Shown piece after piece: positions 15,901-26,947 of a stretch of 64,000 nucleotides of DNA. The notes beneath the pieces were generated by a model, which saw nothing but the letters and a program-made list of their open reading frames with translations, ran no database searches and was not told the DNA's origin. This stretch comes from Psammoneis japonica (Eukaryota). The stretch is taken from contig QPGO01000141.1 of the NCBI GenBank assembly GCA_008632985.1, positions 62,001 through 126,000 of the forward strand. Reading direction: 5' to 3'. The first letter of the stretch is position 1. The number at the start of each line of letters is the position of its first letter. Both the position numbers and the translations under genes were made by a program.

Positions 15901-18652
15901 CGATGCATCAGATGCGTGTTTCCGTAATTCCGTTGCTGTCCTGTTTGCAGTTCGAAGCACTTCGTCGTACGATGCAGTGTCATCTTTCTGGGTGTCTTTT
16001 AGGATGCACTCAATCGTGCATTGAGCAGACGGTCCAGGCATCAACAAAGCAATGTTTGTGTTGCATGTCAGTTTTGATCTGCTTGTTGCAGGGCACGACA
16101 CGTTTTGAAAAGCATCGCACTTTCTCTCTTCGGAACAACTTCCTTCACACACCGACACGTGAAAGTTCCATCCCAGCTGAACCACTTTATCTGAGTGTCA
16201 TCTGCGTTCCTCACTGGGTCATTTGGACATGAAGCAGCTGGTTGCCTGTGACGGCAGTCACCTGGTTTGAGCTCCTCTCGTTTCCTTTTCTTGACTGCGT
16301 GTCCAGTTCCTCGTGTGGGGTTTTTTTACGCATTTTACGCAACTCTGCGCATTTGGGAAAACACGACTTCGTGACGTGCATGTGATGGTTGTAAGCTGCG
16401 TCCGGCATGCATGCCTCTGTTGTCCCTTGCGGACCACTTCGCTGGCATTGCACACACATTGCTTTTAGTCGCTTTGCATGGTTGTCTGGGTGGCGAGTCA
16501 GGCCAGGCACACGGTGCCGTGACTGCAAAAAGCTTTCTACAAACTCGACGTTTGTCCAGCACTTGGTGCAGTGACGACAATGAGCAAACATTCCGTTCTT
16601 CGACTGCTGGCCGTCTTCATGCCTCAGGTTTCTCAGCTGTTGGTTGTCTGCCACTTTTGGAGAGGTGCGACACATTTTTGGCACTGCACAGTCATGATCG
16701 AATGCTTCACGCAACGCGCCAGTGCTGAAGTCCTCGCTGCAGATTAATTCCGTGCTGCAGATCTTCTGAACTGTGTTGGCAAGGTGCTCAGCACCTTTGC
16801 GTCGGATCTGTCTCATTGGCGAATGCAGCTTCTCTCTTGCATTGTTGATCAATGCGAGCCAGATCTGCATGTGTCCGTGTGCTGTCAGACGTCCCTGCTC
16901 CTCAACTGTGGCTAAAAATGCGGCTGGCCTGCCAATGCAGAAGTTAAAGTTTTCTCTTGGTTGGTCAGTGCTCAGATCCCAACCCACTGCCTCTTCTGTT
17001 GCAATGTCAAACAAGCACTCGAATGCAAAGGCTGTTAGACCGGGAAACTTTAGACGCAGTTCATTACATTGCTTGGCCCTGCCAGCAAGAATTTCGTCCG
17101 TCAGTTGTGTCACGTCTTCGTTTGGGTCCAGGATGACACCCGAGTGCAGTTGCACAAGAAATGAATTTGCATCGTCCGGACTGACGGTTAAGAAAATGCC
17201 ACCCTGACCAAAATGATGCTGATGAGTTTCGGCGTTTCTCCTCATTTTCTTTGCTGCTTCGTTGCTGTGTGGCAGAGACGCAGATGCAACGTTGAGTGAA
17301 GGCAAAAAGTGGTGCCCGAGTCCACAATCTCTTCTCTCGCCCAAGTTGCGATCACAAACAGCTCTGTCCACATCGTCCACTGTCAGTTCGTTTGCAAACT
17401 GTGCAGCCTGATTGTTGTCCCTGACTTTCCACCCTGCGCTCTGCAGCATCCTTTGCTTCATTGTCAAGTTGCAGCACATTAACACGAAGAGCTGCTCGTG
17501 GAAGTGAGGCTGGGAAATCCGCGCCAAGTGGTTGGCATGGTGTGCAAGGTTGGTGCCATCTGTGAGACTTCCATCTTTCTTCATTCTCGTCTCATTGATT
17601 CCTCCTCTGCCAAAAGGAAACTGCAGCAGACACGCGTTGATGAAGTTGTTGCCTTTGAAATCACTCGCAGATTCTTCAGACAACTGTGCTTGTGCCTCTA
17701 AATCAAATCCGTTGGCAGCAGCTTCGTGTGCAAGATCTTTGAAGCAGCCCAGGTTGCGCTGACCACCTGTCGCAGGAGACATGGTTCCATCAGGAAAGTG
17801 AACATGAAATGACTCTGAGGTCTCAACATTCGCATTTTCTCCTTCTTCTTTGCTGGTGCTGTCGACAAGTGCGGGATTCCGCAGATTGTGCCTGGCTTCG
17901 TCTAGATTTGTCTGTTGGTGCACCCACTCTTGGTCATGGCACAACAGCCATTCCATCGCCCTTGGCATGCAGTGCATCCTAATTCTGTTCTTTGAACGCG
18001 CAAGTTGTCTTTGCTCCGGAGTCATCTTTCCAGTCATCAGCACAATCACATTCTGATGCAAATTCAGCACGTCGAAGTGCACAACAGTTCTTACGATGCT
18101 TTGCATCTTGACTTTGTAGCACGTCAGACTTCCCTGAAGCTTCTTCTGTTTGCCGCCAAGGCAACTGAAGCAGCACCCGCATGTTTTCACTGGTGTGAGC
18201 ATTGCCAATTCTACTTCGGTTAGAGACAACAGTTCATGCGGCGGGGCACCGAAACAGCAGTTGTTCGCTGTCGCGTGCATTGGCACAACGGCTCTTCCCA
18301 GGCTTCTTCGGCATTTGCTGCAGCAAGTGAATCCGTCGACGCATCGTCTGTCTTCCTGCACTGCGTGTTGGGCGCGGGGAGAAAGTGGCAGGTCTTTGAT
18401 CCAATCAGCATCTTCATGCTCTACAGTGCAGCAGGACTTGAGACGATCAGATGCGCTGTTCCAGTCTGAAGGGGTGAGCAAGTTTCTTGCTGATTCCAGT
18501 GTTTCAAGCGGCAAGCAGCAAACTTCTCCAGGTTTCAGCAGAACGTCACAGACTGAACATGCGTGTGGTCTAAATTCTCCATCTCCATGTAGACAAAGCA
18601 TCTCAAACTTTCTGTTGATTGCACTGCAAACACGGGAGTTGGCCTCGTCCAT
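12922..18652 (-). pseudogene. Helitron Rep/PIF1-helicase (RepHel), split into three ORFs by frameshifts at about 16270 and 14500
   Basis: HUH Rep: FPFGRGG, IFLTVSPDD, VEEQGRLTAHGHMQIW, HHMH...SC, CNTNI...QCTIECILK (YxxxY eroded to CxxxC). PIF1: GAGGSGKS, LLVADEISF, GGVNIVFAGDLRQLEPV, HRFKDDP, ANGT, QLPF..NNATAGHKLQG, HVVLSRVKT. Confidence 0.92.
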
Positions 18653-18738
18653 TTTAATTTAAGCTGATGCTTCAACTCAACAAATTTCAAGAAGTTGCTC
18701 AGTAAAAACAGTTGTTTTTTCAGTGCGATCACCGTGAA

Positions 18739-19380
18739 GCTGCGATCGGTGCTGTCCAATCACCACAGCGATGTGTGTTTTCTCACCACCTGTGGCACTG
18801 CGACTGGTGTCGTCCAGTCACCACAGTGGTTCTGTCCAGTTGATCAACGAACCGCGTCGGTGCCACCCGTTCACCGTGGTGCTGTGTCGTCTTCTCACAA
18901 CCTGTGCAATCAGGTCGATGTGAGCACTGCGACTGGTGCTGTCCAGTCACCACAGCCGAGTCAATTGGTTGCTTGACGAACTGCATCGGTGCCACCCGAT
19001 CACCACAGTGTTGTGTCGTGTTCTCACAACCTGTGTGATCAGGTCTCTGTGAGAGCTGCGACTGGTGTCGTCCAGTCACCGCAGCTGAGCTTGTGCATCA
19101 TCTCACAACCCACGTTACGAGGTGCAGCGCTGTGTTGTTTGCTCACAACCTGTGCAATCAGGTCACTGTGAGAGCTGCGACTGGTGTCGTCCAGTCACCG
19201 CAGCCAAGTGAATTGGTTGCTTGACGAACTGCATCGGTGCCATCCGATCACCGCAGCGTTGTGTCGTGTTCTCACAACCTGTGCGATCAGGTCTCTGTGA
19301 GAGCTGCGACTGGTGTCGTCCAGTCACCGCAGCTGAGCTTGTGCGTCATCTCACAACCTGCGTTGCCAGGTCACTGTGAG
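18739..19380. repeat. Array of same-architecture hairpins upstream of RepHel
   Basis: GCTGCG-ACTGG-tgtcgt-CCAGT-cac-CGCAGC, CTCACA-ACCTG-tgcaat-CAGGT-cac-TGTGAG and CTGC-ATCGG-tgccay-CCGAT-cac units recur in ~120-130 bp modules. Confidence 0.85.
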
Positions 19381-19573
19381 AACTGAGAACTGCGATCGAT
19401 GTGGCCCAACCACCGCAGTTGGATGCTTTTCGTTTCCCTTTGTGCAAAGGTTCTGTCACAAAAAAGTGAGACGAAAGTGTGCCTCTTTCACCTCGATGGA
19501 AGAGTGATGTGTGCGTTCCTCCCACGTCCTTCTTTGCACCAGACGCACGATGTCCCACCCAGTTTCGTCGACG

Positions 19574-19685
19574 TTGAACATCCCATGGGACAAGATTTGG
19601 ATCTTGTTCAAGTTGTTTTGACCATCTGCTCTGAACATTCCATGGGGTAAGATTCGGATCTTGTTCAAGTTGTTTCGGCAATCTT
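19574..19685. repeat. ~57-bp tandem duplication with a small hairpin (AAGAT-tcgg/ttgg-ATCTT)
   Basis: CCATGGG..AAGATTYGGATCTTGTTCAAGTTGTTT occurs twice. Confidence 0.75.
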
Positions 19686-20048
19686 GGTGGTGGGCACAGC
19701 TTTGCGCAAATTCCATGGAATCACGCTTTGACGAGTGGCGGGGCAGTTGAGTCAGTCGTGTGGCAATGACAACGCGATTGACGTCATTCGTGTTTCCAAA
19801 GTGCGCGCGAATCCTCCAAATGGGTGATGGGCCCACCTCAGCTAACTGCCGGCACAGCAGTGACAGCGATGGCGTCGACCATTTGGCGACTAGATTTCAT
19901 GCGCGATGGCCGCGCGGCAGCAACGGCTGAAAGCACATGAAGCACGGACGGAATTGCACGTGATTTTGTGCATTTTCAGTGAGCTCAGTGCGACTTTGCG
20001 TGCTCCAATCCTTGCACCTGTTTTGTTCAAATTGAGTCCACACACCAC

Positions 20049-21092
20049 TTGCAAGTGCTGACACCTGGAAGGTCACCTTGTTGCAGTTCGACGTGTTTGG
20101 ATCTAGTTGCTGACGTTGCCAGTTCTCCTTGGCATGATGTGCGCAGCTCTGCTGGGTCTTTCTTGGCACTTCTGAACGATCGCACTTTTTGTTCCCACAA
20201 TTTCTCTCCGACTGATTCGATGGCATGCAAAAGAAACACAATGACCTCCCCGGCTGCGAAAGCCAAAGTCGCCGAAACCAAACAGAAGAAGGCAAAGACG
20301 AAGTTTTCTGATGCTCTGTTGAAGAAACTAAGTCCGCCCCGCAAGACCAACGGCTTGACCGACGACGACCTTAAACCGGAAGACTGCCTTGCCAAGCACG
20401 GGTTCAAGCTTTCCAAATCCGCCGGTTCTGACGATGGCAGCCATTCCGACAAGGACGCCCTCCTGCGCTGCGCCACCGTCACTGTTGGCCGCAAGAAAGG
20501 CGTCGTTTTTTGTCTCCAAGCCAAGAATCCCCTTTCAACCAATGTTTGGTCAGAGAAGGTTCTGTTTGACAACCTTCGCAGCAGGACTCCGTGGGCGGTT
20601 CAAGTCGGATTCCACCCTTGCGCTGGCAGGTGGGTTCACGAAGGCGAGTTGCAGACAAACGCCAAGAACTGCGCCGTGCGTCTCTTCTTCATCTTCCTCG
20701 AAGAAGTCCCAACCGATGCTGAAGTGCACGGCCTCGGGAAGTGCATTGCAAAGCAGCTCAACGATGACCCTGAGAACAACGCCGAGGTCTTCGTTGAAGA
20801 CGACTTCTTCTGGATGAAGGATGCTGTTTGGTCCGAAGTGATCAGCAACAAGGCGGCGCTCACCAAGCTTCAGAAGGAAGGTGGTCAGTTTCACATCGGT
20901 TGGTGCGCCCAAAACAAGAACTTGCTTCACAGTCACTTCTACGAGGGGTCGTTGCCTGTGGAACTCTGTTGTCTCATTGGAGCTCCAGTGGAAGAAGCTG
21001 GAGAAGAGGCCGACGATGATGTCGAGCTCAACTGCGAAGTTGACCTGAATGTCGATGACAACTTGGTGCTTCAGGACAGCAACGAAGACTGA
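20049..21092 (+). CDS. Hypothetical cargo protein (likely start about 20220-20241)
   Basis: 347-aa ORF with a basic N-terminus, globular middle and acidic tail; almost Tyr-free. Confidence 0.5.
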   Translation: MQVLTPGRSPCCSSTCLDLVADVASSPWHDVRSSAGSFLALLNDRTFCSHNFSPTDSMACKRNTMTSPAAKAKVAETKQKKAKTKFSDALLKKLSPPRKTNGLTDDDLKPEDCLAKHGFKLSKSAGSDDGSHSDKDALLRCATVTVGRKKGVVFCLQAKNPLSTNVWSEKVLFDNLRSRTPWAVQVGFHPCAGRWVHEGELQTNAKNCAVRLFFIFLEEVPTDAEVHGLGKCIAKQLNDDPENNAEVFVEDDFFWMKDAVWSEVISNKAALTKLQKEGGQFHIGWCAQNKNLLHSHFYEGSLPVELCCLIGAPVEEAGEEADDDVELNCEVDLNVDDNLVLQDSNED

Positions 21093-21180
21093 GTTGTTTT
21101 TTTTTTTTGCCGGTGTGGTGTAAATTTGCAAATGTTCAGTGAACTGAGTGTCGATTGCAACTCAGCTTTCCTCTGTCTCT

Positions 21181-22224
21181 TCAAGTGTGCACCATCTCCG
21201 ACAACAACTTGTCGTTACCGCGAAGCAATGGCGAATTGAGCAGAGTAACTAGCGTGTGACGTCCAGTGCAGTGACAGCAAAAAAACAGTTCAGTTGAGTT
21301 CTTAAGTGAAATTGGCTGTTTCGCGACGGGCAAATGCTTCCGTTCCAAGTGTGTCGGAGTGGGACATCGCATGTGCTGGCTGGTTGACTGAGAAGTCTCC
21401 TCTTTCTTGGTGCACTTGTGGAAGACGAGATGTTTCACGTCTCCGCTGTGCCACAAAAAGTCGCCATCATGGCAATCCGCCATGAAGGACTCGCACATCC
21501 ACTCTCCCGCGTGCGACGCGAACAGTGGATCTAGCGCCACCACCACGGTCCCAGCACGACACAACTTCGAAAGCATTGCCTCTGCCTTCTGCTGTGTGTT
21601 CTTGTCGTCGACCATGCGGGAGTTGCAGTTGTTGAAGAACACCTTGAGTCCTTTCTTTTTCCACAAAGGAGCCAGCCTCTCGTCCAAGAATGACTTGTTG
21701 ATCAACTCTGACCCGCCGTTTCAGCGAAGGCCAGCACGATGAGCCCAACGTACAGCCTCTTGGTGATGATCGTGGTCGGCCTCGATGCTCACCATGGTGC
21801 AACGGCGACGAAGTAACTTGAGCCCAATGCTGGGTCCGGCAACTCCCCCGCCCATGTCGACAGATGCATCGCAGGTGTGATTCATGCCAAGAAGGCGTTC
21901 GTTCAAAAACACTTTGCTGCTCAAAGCGAAGCCAACTTCGCCGCTGTGTGAAGATCCGCTTCTGTCTCCGGAGACACGCCTGCTCTGGAACGCGGAGTCC
22001 GGAGCCGTTTGAAGACAAAACTCCCCAACACTTCTGCAACGATGGTTCATTGCACCCAACCTTGTGGCAACATCAACCTTGCTTGCAGCGGGTTCGACCA
22101 GACGTCGCGTTTCCAAACCAAACTGTGATGTGCGCAGAATGCGTAAAATTGCCGTCGCGCCCTCTGTGCGCGCGAAATTTTCAAACGCGGCGTGCCACCT
22201 CTGCCTGCACATGGAGCGACGCAT
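21181..22224 (-). pseudogene. DOT1-like SAM-dependent methyltransferase, single frame interrupted by a stop at 21721-21723
   Basis: SGEV...DASVDMGGGVAG (cf. YGE...DxFxDLGSGxG), VSIEAD, KVFFNN...LCRAGTVVVALDPL (cf. VIFVNN...LKxGTRIVS); ORFs 21721-22224 and 21181-21705 are in frame. Confidence 0.55.
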
Positions 22225-22461
22225 GAAGTCATTTTAAACAGACATGCAAACGCGTTGAAACAACAAGACGCCTTTAGGCAATAAAATTTGTTTTGAATCT
22301 CGGCCTGCTTCTCATCGTCACCGTACTTGCACATCGGTGTAATTCAAACGCACAAGCTGGCACGGCATGCAACGCACTTCTACGTGAGAACTCGCACCGA
22401 GATTGCCGTGGGATGATCCTCCCTCCGCGGAGACAAAAACAACGCGACAACACTTCCGTCA

Positions 22462-23931
22462 TTGCATTTTGAAACACATTTCAAATTGAGACACACCATG
22501 TCGCAACTGCCTCGTGCCTCGCTGCGTCGTCCCACCAATGACAAGCACTTGTCGCGATCGAGTTGCAGCCGGTCTCGACAGTGTGGGGGTTTGGGACGTG
22601 CAGCTCGCAGCCCGACAACAAGCAAACACTTCTCGCGATTGGGTTTCGACCCCACTCCCCTGGAGTCCGCCGGTCCCTGTCAACAGAGTTTTGCTTTGGG
22701 TGCTCTTGAGGCAACGGAAAGCAGACACATCTCTCGATTGGGTTTTGACCCCACTCCCCTGGAGTCTGCCGGTCCCTGTCGACAGAGTTCTGCTTTGGGC
22801 ACTGTTGAGACGACAGCGACAGTGTCAAGCAGCGGAACATTTGCCGGCGAGTTCGCACACACGTTCTCTGCAAACACCGCATCGTCAATGCGCACCAGGA
22901 CACACGAGAACGTGTTGAGGGCTCAACCGCCACTTCGCAAGGCCCGCCGCAGCCGCAGGCGAATCCGCAGCCGCGCCAGCAGGAAAACATCCAAGATTGC
23001 TTGCCTCATTCCACTCGCACCATGTGCCACTAAGAGTCTCTCCATGCACTGCATAGCCAACCGCACTCCAGTTTGTGACGGCGACTACACTCAGCCTGCA
23101 CCACCTTGTCTTGCTGACATTGACTTTGCCGAGTTGGCTCCTCTGGTCGTCTGTGACCCTGTGCTCGATCTGAAGCCTTTCTTTGGCTTGGACGGTTGCC
23201 GCTGCGACAACACCTGCACCCTGCTGCCGCGTTCTGCTGTGGTGTTCAGCTCCCCCAACCCAGCAGAACTGGTTGCTCAGTGCCGAGCGCTCGAAGCACT
23301 AGAATGCTGCACCGCCCAGTCCACCGTGCGCGGCAAACAACGCGTCACCTTCATGGAGACGGACAGGAGCAAGCATTCCACGATTGGCCTGGCTGCCACG
23401 AGAGATGCTCGAATTTCTTGCAAGCAGCCTGGCACAGCCGACCAACACACTCACCACCTCACCAGACTTCTTTCACGCATGGAGCACCTTGTCAATGAGT
23501 GCGTGGACCATGCCATCCTTGAGGGCATCGCTCGTGTCAAAAAGTTTCACAACTGGAAATCCCTGGCACGGTCAGATGGCATTTTCTCCTCTCTGGCGGC
23601 TGGGCGCAATGTCTTCCTCAACGCCCATCGGGACCAGGACTTCTTCCTGTCAGTGGTCACCGTGGTGGGAGTCCCTCCGTCCGGCAGCCACACCATGAAT
23701 GACGGGATTGTGGCGCACTTCTGCTTCCCCACCGAAGGCATCTCCGTTGCACTCTGGCTTGGTGATGTCATCATTTTTAACCCCACCAAGCACCACTGCA
23801 TCTCCAGCAGGACAAACTCAAACGACGAGTTCTTCTGCGTGTCTCTCTGCCTGAAGAGTGCTGCAGTGGGCAAGAATGACAATTCAATCCCCCTTTCTCT
23901 AGAGGAAGAGACCATTCTCAGGCGATTGTGA
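22462..23931 (+). CDS. 2OG-Fe(II) dioxygenase, TET/JBP-like
   Basis: C-terminal DSBH signature: LAAGRNVFLNAHRDQDFF (HxD), FCFPTEGISVALWLGDVIIFNPTKHHCIS (distal H), then a final strand CVSLCLK. Confidence 0.6.
   Translation: MHFETHFKLRHTMSQLPRASLRRPTNDKHLSRSSCSRSRQCGGLGRAARSPTTSKHFSRLGFDPTPLESAGPCQQSFALGALEATESRHISRLGFDPTPLESAGPCRQSSALGTVETTATVSSSGTFAGEFAHTFSANTASSMRTRTHENVLRAQPPLRKARRSRRRIRSRASRKTSKIACLIPLAPCATKSLSMHCIANRTPVCDGDYTQPAPPCLADIDFAELAPLVVCDPVLDLKPFFGLDGCRCDNTCTLLPRSAVVFSSPNPAELVAQCRALEALECCTAQSTVRGKQRVTFMETDRSKHSTIGLAATRDARISCKQPGTADQHTHHLTRLLSRMEHLVNECVDHAILEGIARVKKFHNWKSLARSDGIFSSLAAGRNVFLNAHRDQDFFLSVVTVVGVPPSGSHTMNDGIVAHFCFPTEGISVALWLGDVIIFNPTKHHCISSRTNSNDEFFCVSLCLKSAAVGKNDNSIPLSLEEETILRRL
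22622..22805. repeat. ~102-bp in-frame tandem duplication (SRLGFDPTPLESAGPC x2)
   Basis: Two near-identical units within the dioxygenase ORF. Confidence 0.85.
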
Positions 23932-24153
23932 CAGCACAAAATGGCTTGCTAAATTTGCGTAAATTTGCTGACTTTCTGTGCTCAGGCGACTGTGCAGGCA
24001 CCTGCCAATTCACCAGATTTGCGTAAATTTGCCGACTTTCTGTTCTTCCTCGTTCCCATTTTTCGAACCACAACTGGGGCTACGCCTTTCCAACTGATGC
24101 TGCAGTTTCACTGAAAAACACCAACACACTGTGCCACTAATTTACAGAGCACA

Positions 24154-25611
24154 CTACACGGCAAACGTTTTGCCAGATGCAGAGCTTCTCCCCCCCGACT
24201 TGGGGAGTAGACGCAATTTCTTCTTCCGATTCATGGCACCCGACGTTGCCTTCCTCTTCTTCTTCTTCTTCTCCGATTCATCCAAGTTGCATCTGCAGAG
24301 AAATTCCTCCCCGGGCATGATTCGCTTCGTGACCACCAAGCACCCGTCGTTGTAGAACTCGCAGTTGTTGTCCGCGTGTTGGCTTGCCTTGATCTTCTTC
24401 TTGTCCTTGAATGACTCAGTGGCATCGTTCACGCAGTGCATTCCGAGGTAGAGTGGATGGGAATTCTTGTTCCCTGGACCACTAAAATCAAGTGGTTTTG
24501 GCTCCACTGTGACGCAGTGGCCCTCGCTGTCACGGATGGCAGAGCAGCACACGCTGTCTTCTCCAAACTTGCTGTCGTGGTCGCACCACGAGTGGCTCCT
24601 CGTTGCACCGGGCACCCTGGGGCCCACATAGATTCCAACCGCACTGCCTTTCTGGAACTGGCGCAAAGCAAAAAAACCAATGCCTGTGCCCCTCCGTTGC
24701 GACACGCGTGGCTCGCCCACCTCCACCTCCTTGGGGCCTGCGGAGCGAACGGACTTTTCGAGGCAAAACAACGCAGGTTGAAGTGACACGGCGCCTCATC
24801 CAAATGTGCACACTTCTGCACTTGCTCTCTTCACGAGGCAGACCAGTGCAAGTGACCACCCCGCTTCGAAAGCCTCGACGGCGGTCTTGAACACTTTGTT
24901 GCTCTTTGGCGTCGAGTCTGGGATGCCCCTCTTGCCGACTTCCGTGCGGTGCCTCCACACCCACTTGCAGTGTTTGCCGTGAGCATTTGCGACGGCTTCA
25001 GGGTCGCTCCTGATGCACCCCAGTTCTCCCAGCGTGGGGAACCAGAGGTGGGGATTGTTCGGCGCATCCTTCATCAGGCACATGGACTCCTGGAAATTGT
25101 CGGATTTTTCGTGCCGCAACACCCAGCCCCACAAGTCGAATGACGGATCGTTGGGGTCCAGAAATTGCTCTCCTTCTTCTTCCTCTTCCGCCGTTGCTTT
25201 CGCGACCACTTTGGCCGTGGGCTTGGCTGCCTCCTCGCTTTTGCCGCTGCAAAAAGGTGGGACCTCCGGTTTCACAAAGGTGGCCTGATCACCCACCAAC
25301 TTGATCTTGTAACCGGCCTCAAGGAGCTGCTCGGCGGTGCAACCCAGCTGCTGTGCTTCATTCCAACCACAAATTTGAAAGGTTGGCTCCGGCGGCACGA
25401 CTTTCTCCCTCTTTTCAGTTTGGGACTGCGCCGGCTTCTCCGACATCCTTGCGCGTTCGGACTCGACGGACACACCCTCGGCACTTCCCTCGGCGCCAAG
25501 TGCAGTCATGGCAGCTGCCGCCACGCCTTTGGCGCCCGTGAGTTCTGCCATGACTTCCGGAGCTGCTGCATCCTCTGCTTTGCCAGACGCAACGATGTTG
25601 TCCTCTGCCAT
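24154..25611 (-). pseudogene. SET-domain protein, single frame with an internal stop at 24796-24798
   Basis: GIGFFALRQFQKGSAVGIYVG, LGMHCVND, NNCEF...VTKRIMPGEEFLCRCN (final catalytic Tyr position is Cys); ORFs 24796-25746 and 24154-24789 are in frame. Confidence 0.8.
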
Positions 25612-26947
25612 TCTAGTGCCGTGATGACAGAGCTGCACTGACTGCTGTGTGGTGTGCTGCTCCACTCCAGCCGTTGGCGATCCACATCCTTCTGCGCACG
25701 TAAACGTGTGACACTTCGCACCAAATTCCACGCAGCGCGTCTGCACCTGTCTGCGTCCGTCTTCACTGCTGTGCGCACTGCGGTGCTGCAGCGCACCCTT
25801 TCAAACCTTCATCAATGTTTGTTTTTTCCTTCCCTTTCCTTTTCTCTTCTTCTTCCATCTGGCTGGGAGGAACTGCTGGACAGCCGGCCTCATTTTGCAC
25901 TTGCGTCAGTCCGTGCCACCTCAAGAGCATCACACCATGCCGCGGTCCGTGTGATGATGATGTCGCACCGTAGTGCTTCTCGCCACTCGATCGCGCTGTC
26001 GCTTTTGCATGTCACATCAGCATGCTGCCAACAGAACAAAATACATTGTTGCCATTGTGCTGTCATTTTTTGTCATTCCACTCCTTGAATCGATTTAGAG
26101 AAAAAGCAAAAAACAACAGAAAATGAAATCAAGTGATTGAAAGAGAAAAGCCAAGGAAGAAAAAGATTGAAATCAATCCATGCGAGCATTGAGATTTTGC
26201 CAAAGTGATCAAACTGGCCATGGAGCATTTCTCCAGAAACAAAGAAGCTGCCAGGCAGCTCATCATTGAGTGCTTGCTTGAGGCCTCCACTGAAGGGGAG
26301 CTCACATCTGCCCAGCAAGAGCAAAAGGATTGTGCAGAGTTGCTTTCCAGAGAAATGGAAAACATGTCATTGGCGACAAAAGAAAAGGAGAAGCAGGTCA
26401 GGTTCTTGCCCAAATTGTGCAACATGACGATCAACCTGTGGCTTCAGAGCAACAGAGGTTGCAAAGATTTTAAAAAAAAACTCCATGGTTTGTCTTCCAC
26501 CCATCACCTGACACTCAGTTGTGATTGCTGCTTTTCCTGCTGTGCGACAGTGGACTTTGCACCACTGAATGGAAAGTTGCATTTTCAAGCAGCATCCCAT
26601 GGAAACGACAAGCTGTGGTTGTGCGATCCTGCAAGTGACACAACTCAAATGCAGACAACATCCATTGCATGATCCCGTTGGTGACACGACTCAAATGATC
26701 ACAGTCAGGCAGGTTGATGGAGGATGAGTTGACTGTTGCAGATGGAAAGCTTTGTTTTTTGGCAAGTGATGACACACACACAGATCAGAGCTTTGGGTTT
26801 GCAACCCTGAGAGCAACATGGCTTGAATGGCTGGAAACATCAATCTTGGAGAGGAAGGTTCATCCACACAGAAAGTTTGATGCCAGTGGATGGAAGGCTG
26901 CATTTCCTTGCCTTTGGCAAAGCAGCAGCACATTTTGTGCAGCACGC

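Larger units (their letters stand above)
12030..26076 (-). mobile_element. Large Helitron-like element (RepHel plus cargo genes), TpA-eroded; boundaries approximate
   Basis: Continuous TpA-poor but CpG-rich block containing RepHel and 4-5 further ORFs; hairpins at 12047-12060 and 12065-12096 near the putative 3' end. Confidence 0.6.

Noticed and set aside
18739..19380. CRISPR-like repeat/spacer pattern
   Set aside because: The intervening segments recur (two alternating types) and are themselves hairpins, not unique spacers
26205..26500. Possible P-element/THAP9-like transposase fragment (VRFLPKLCNMTINLWLQSNRGC)
   Set aside because: The resemblance is short and no catalytic motifs could be traced
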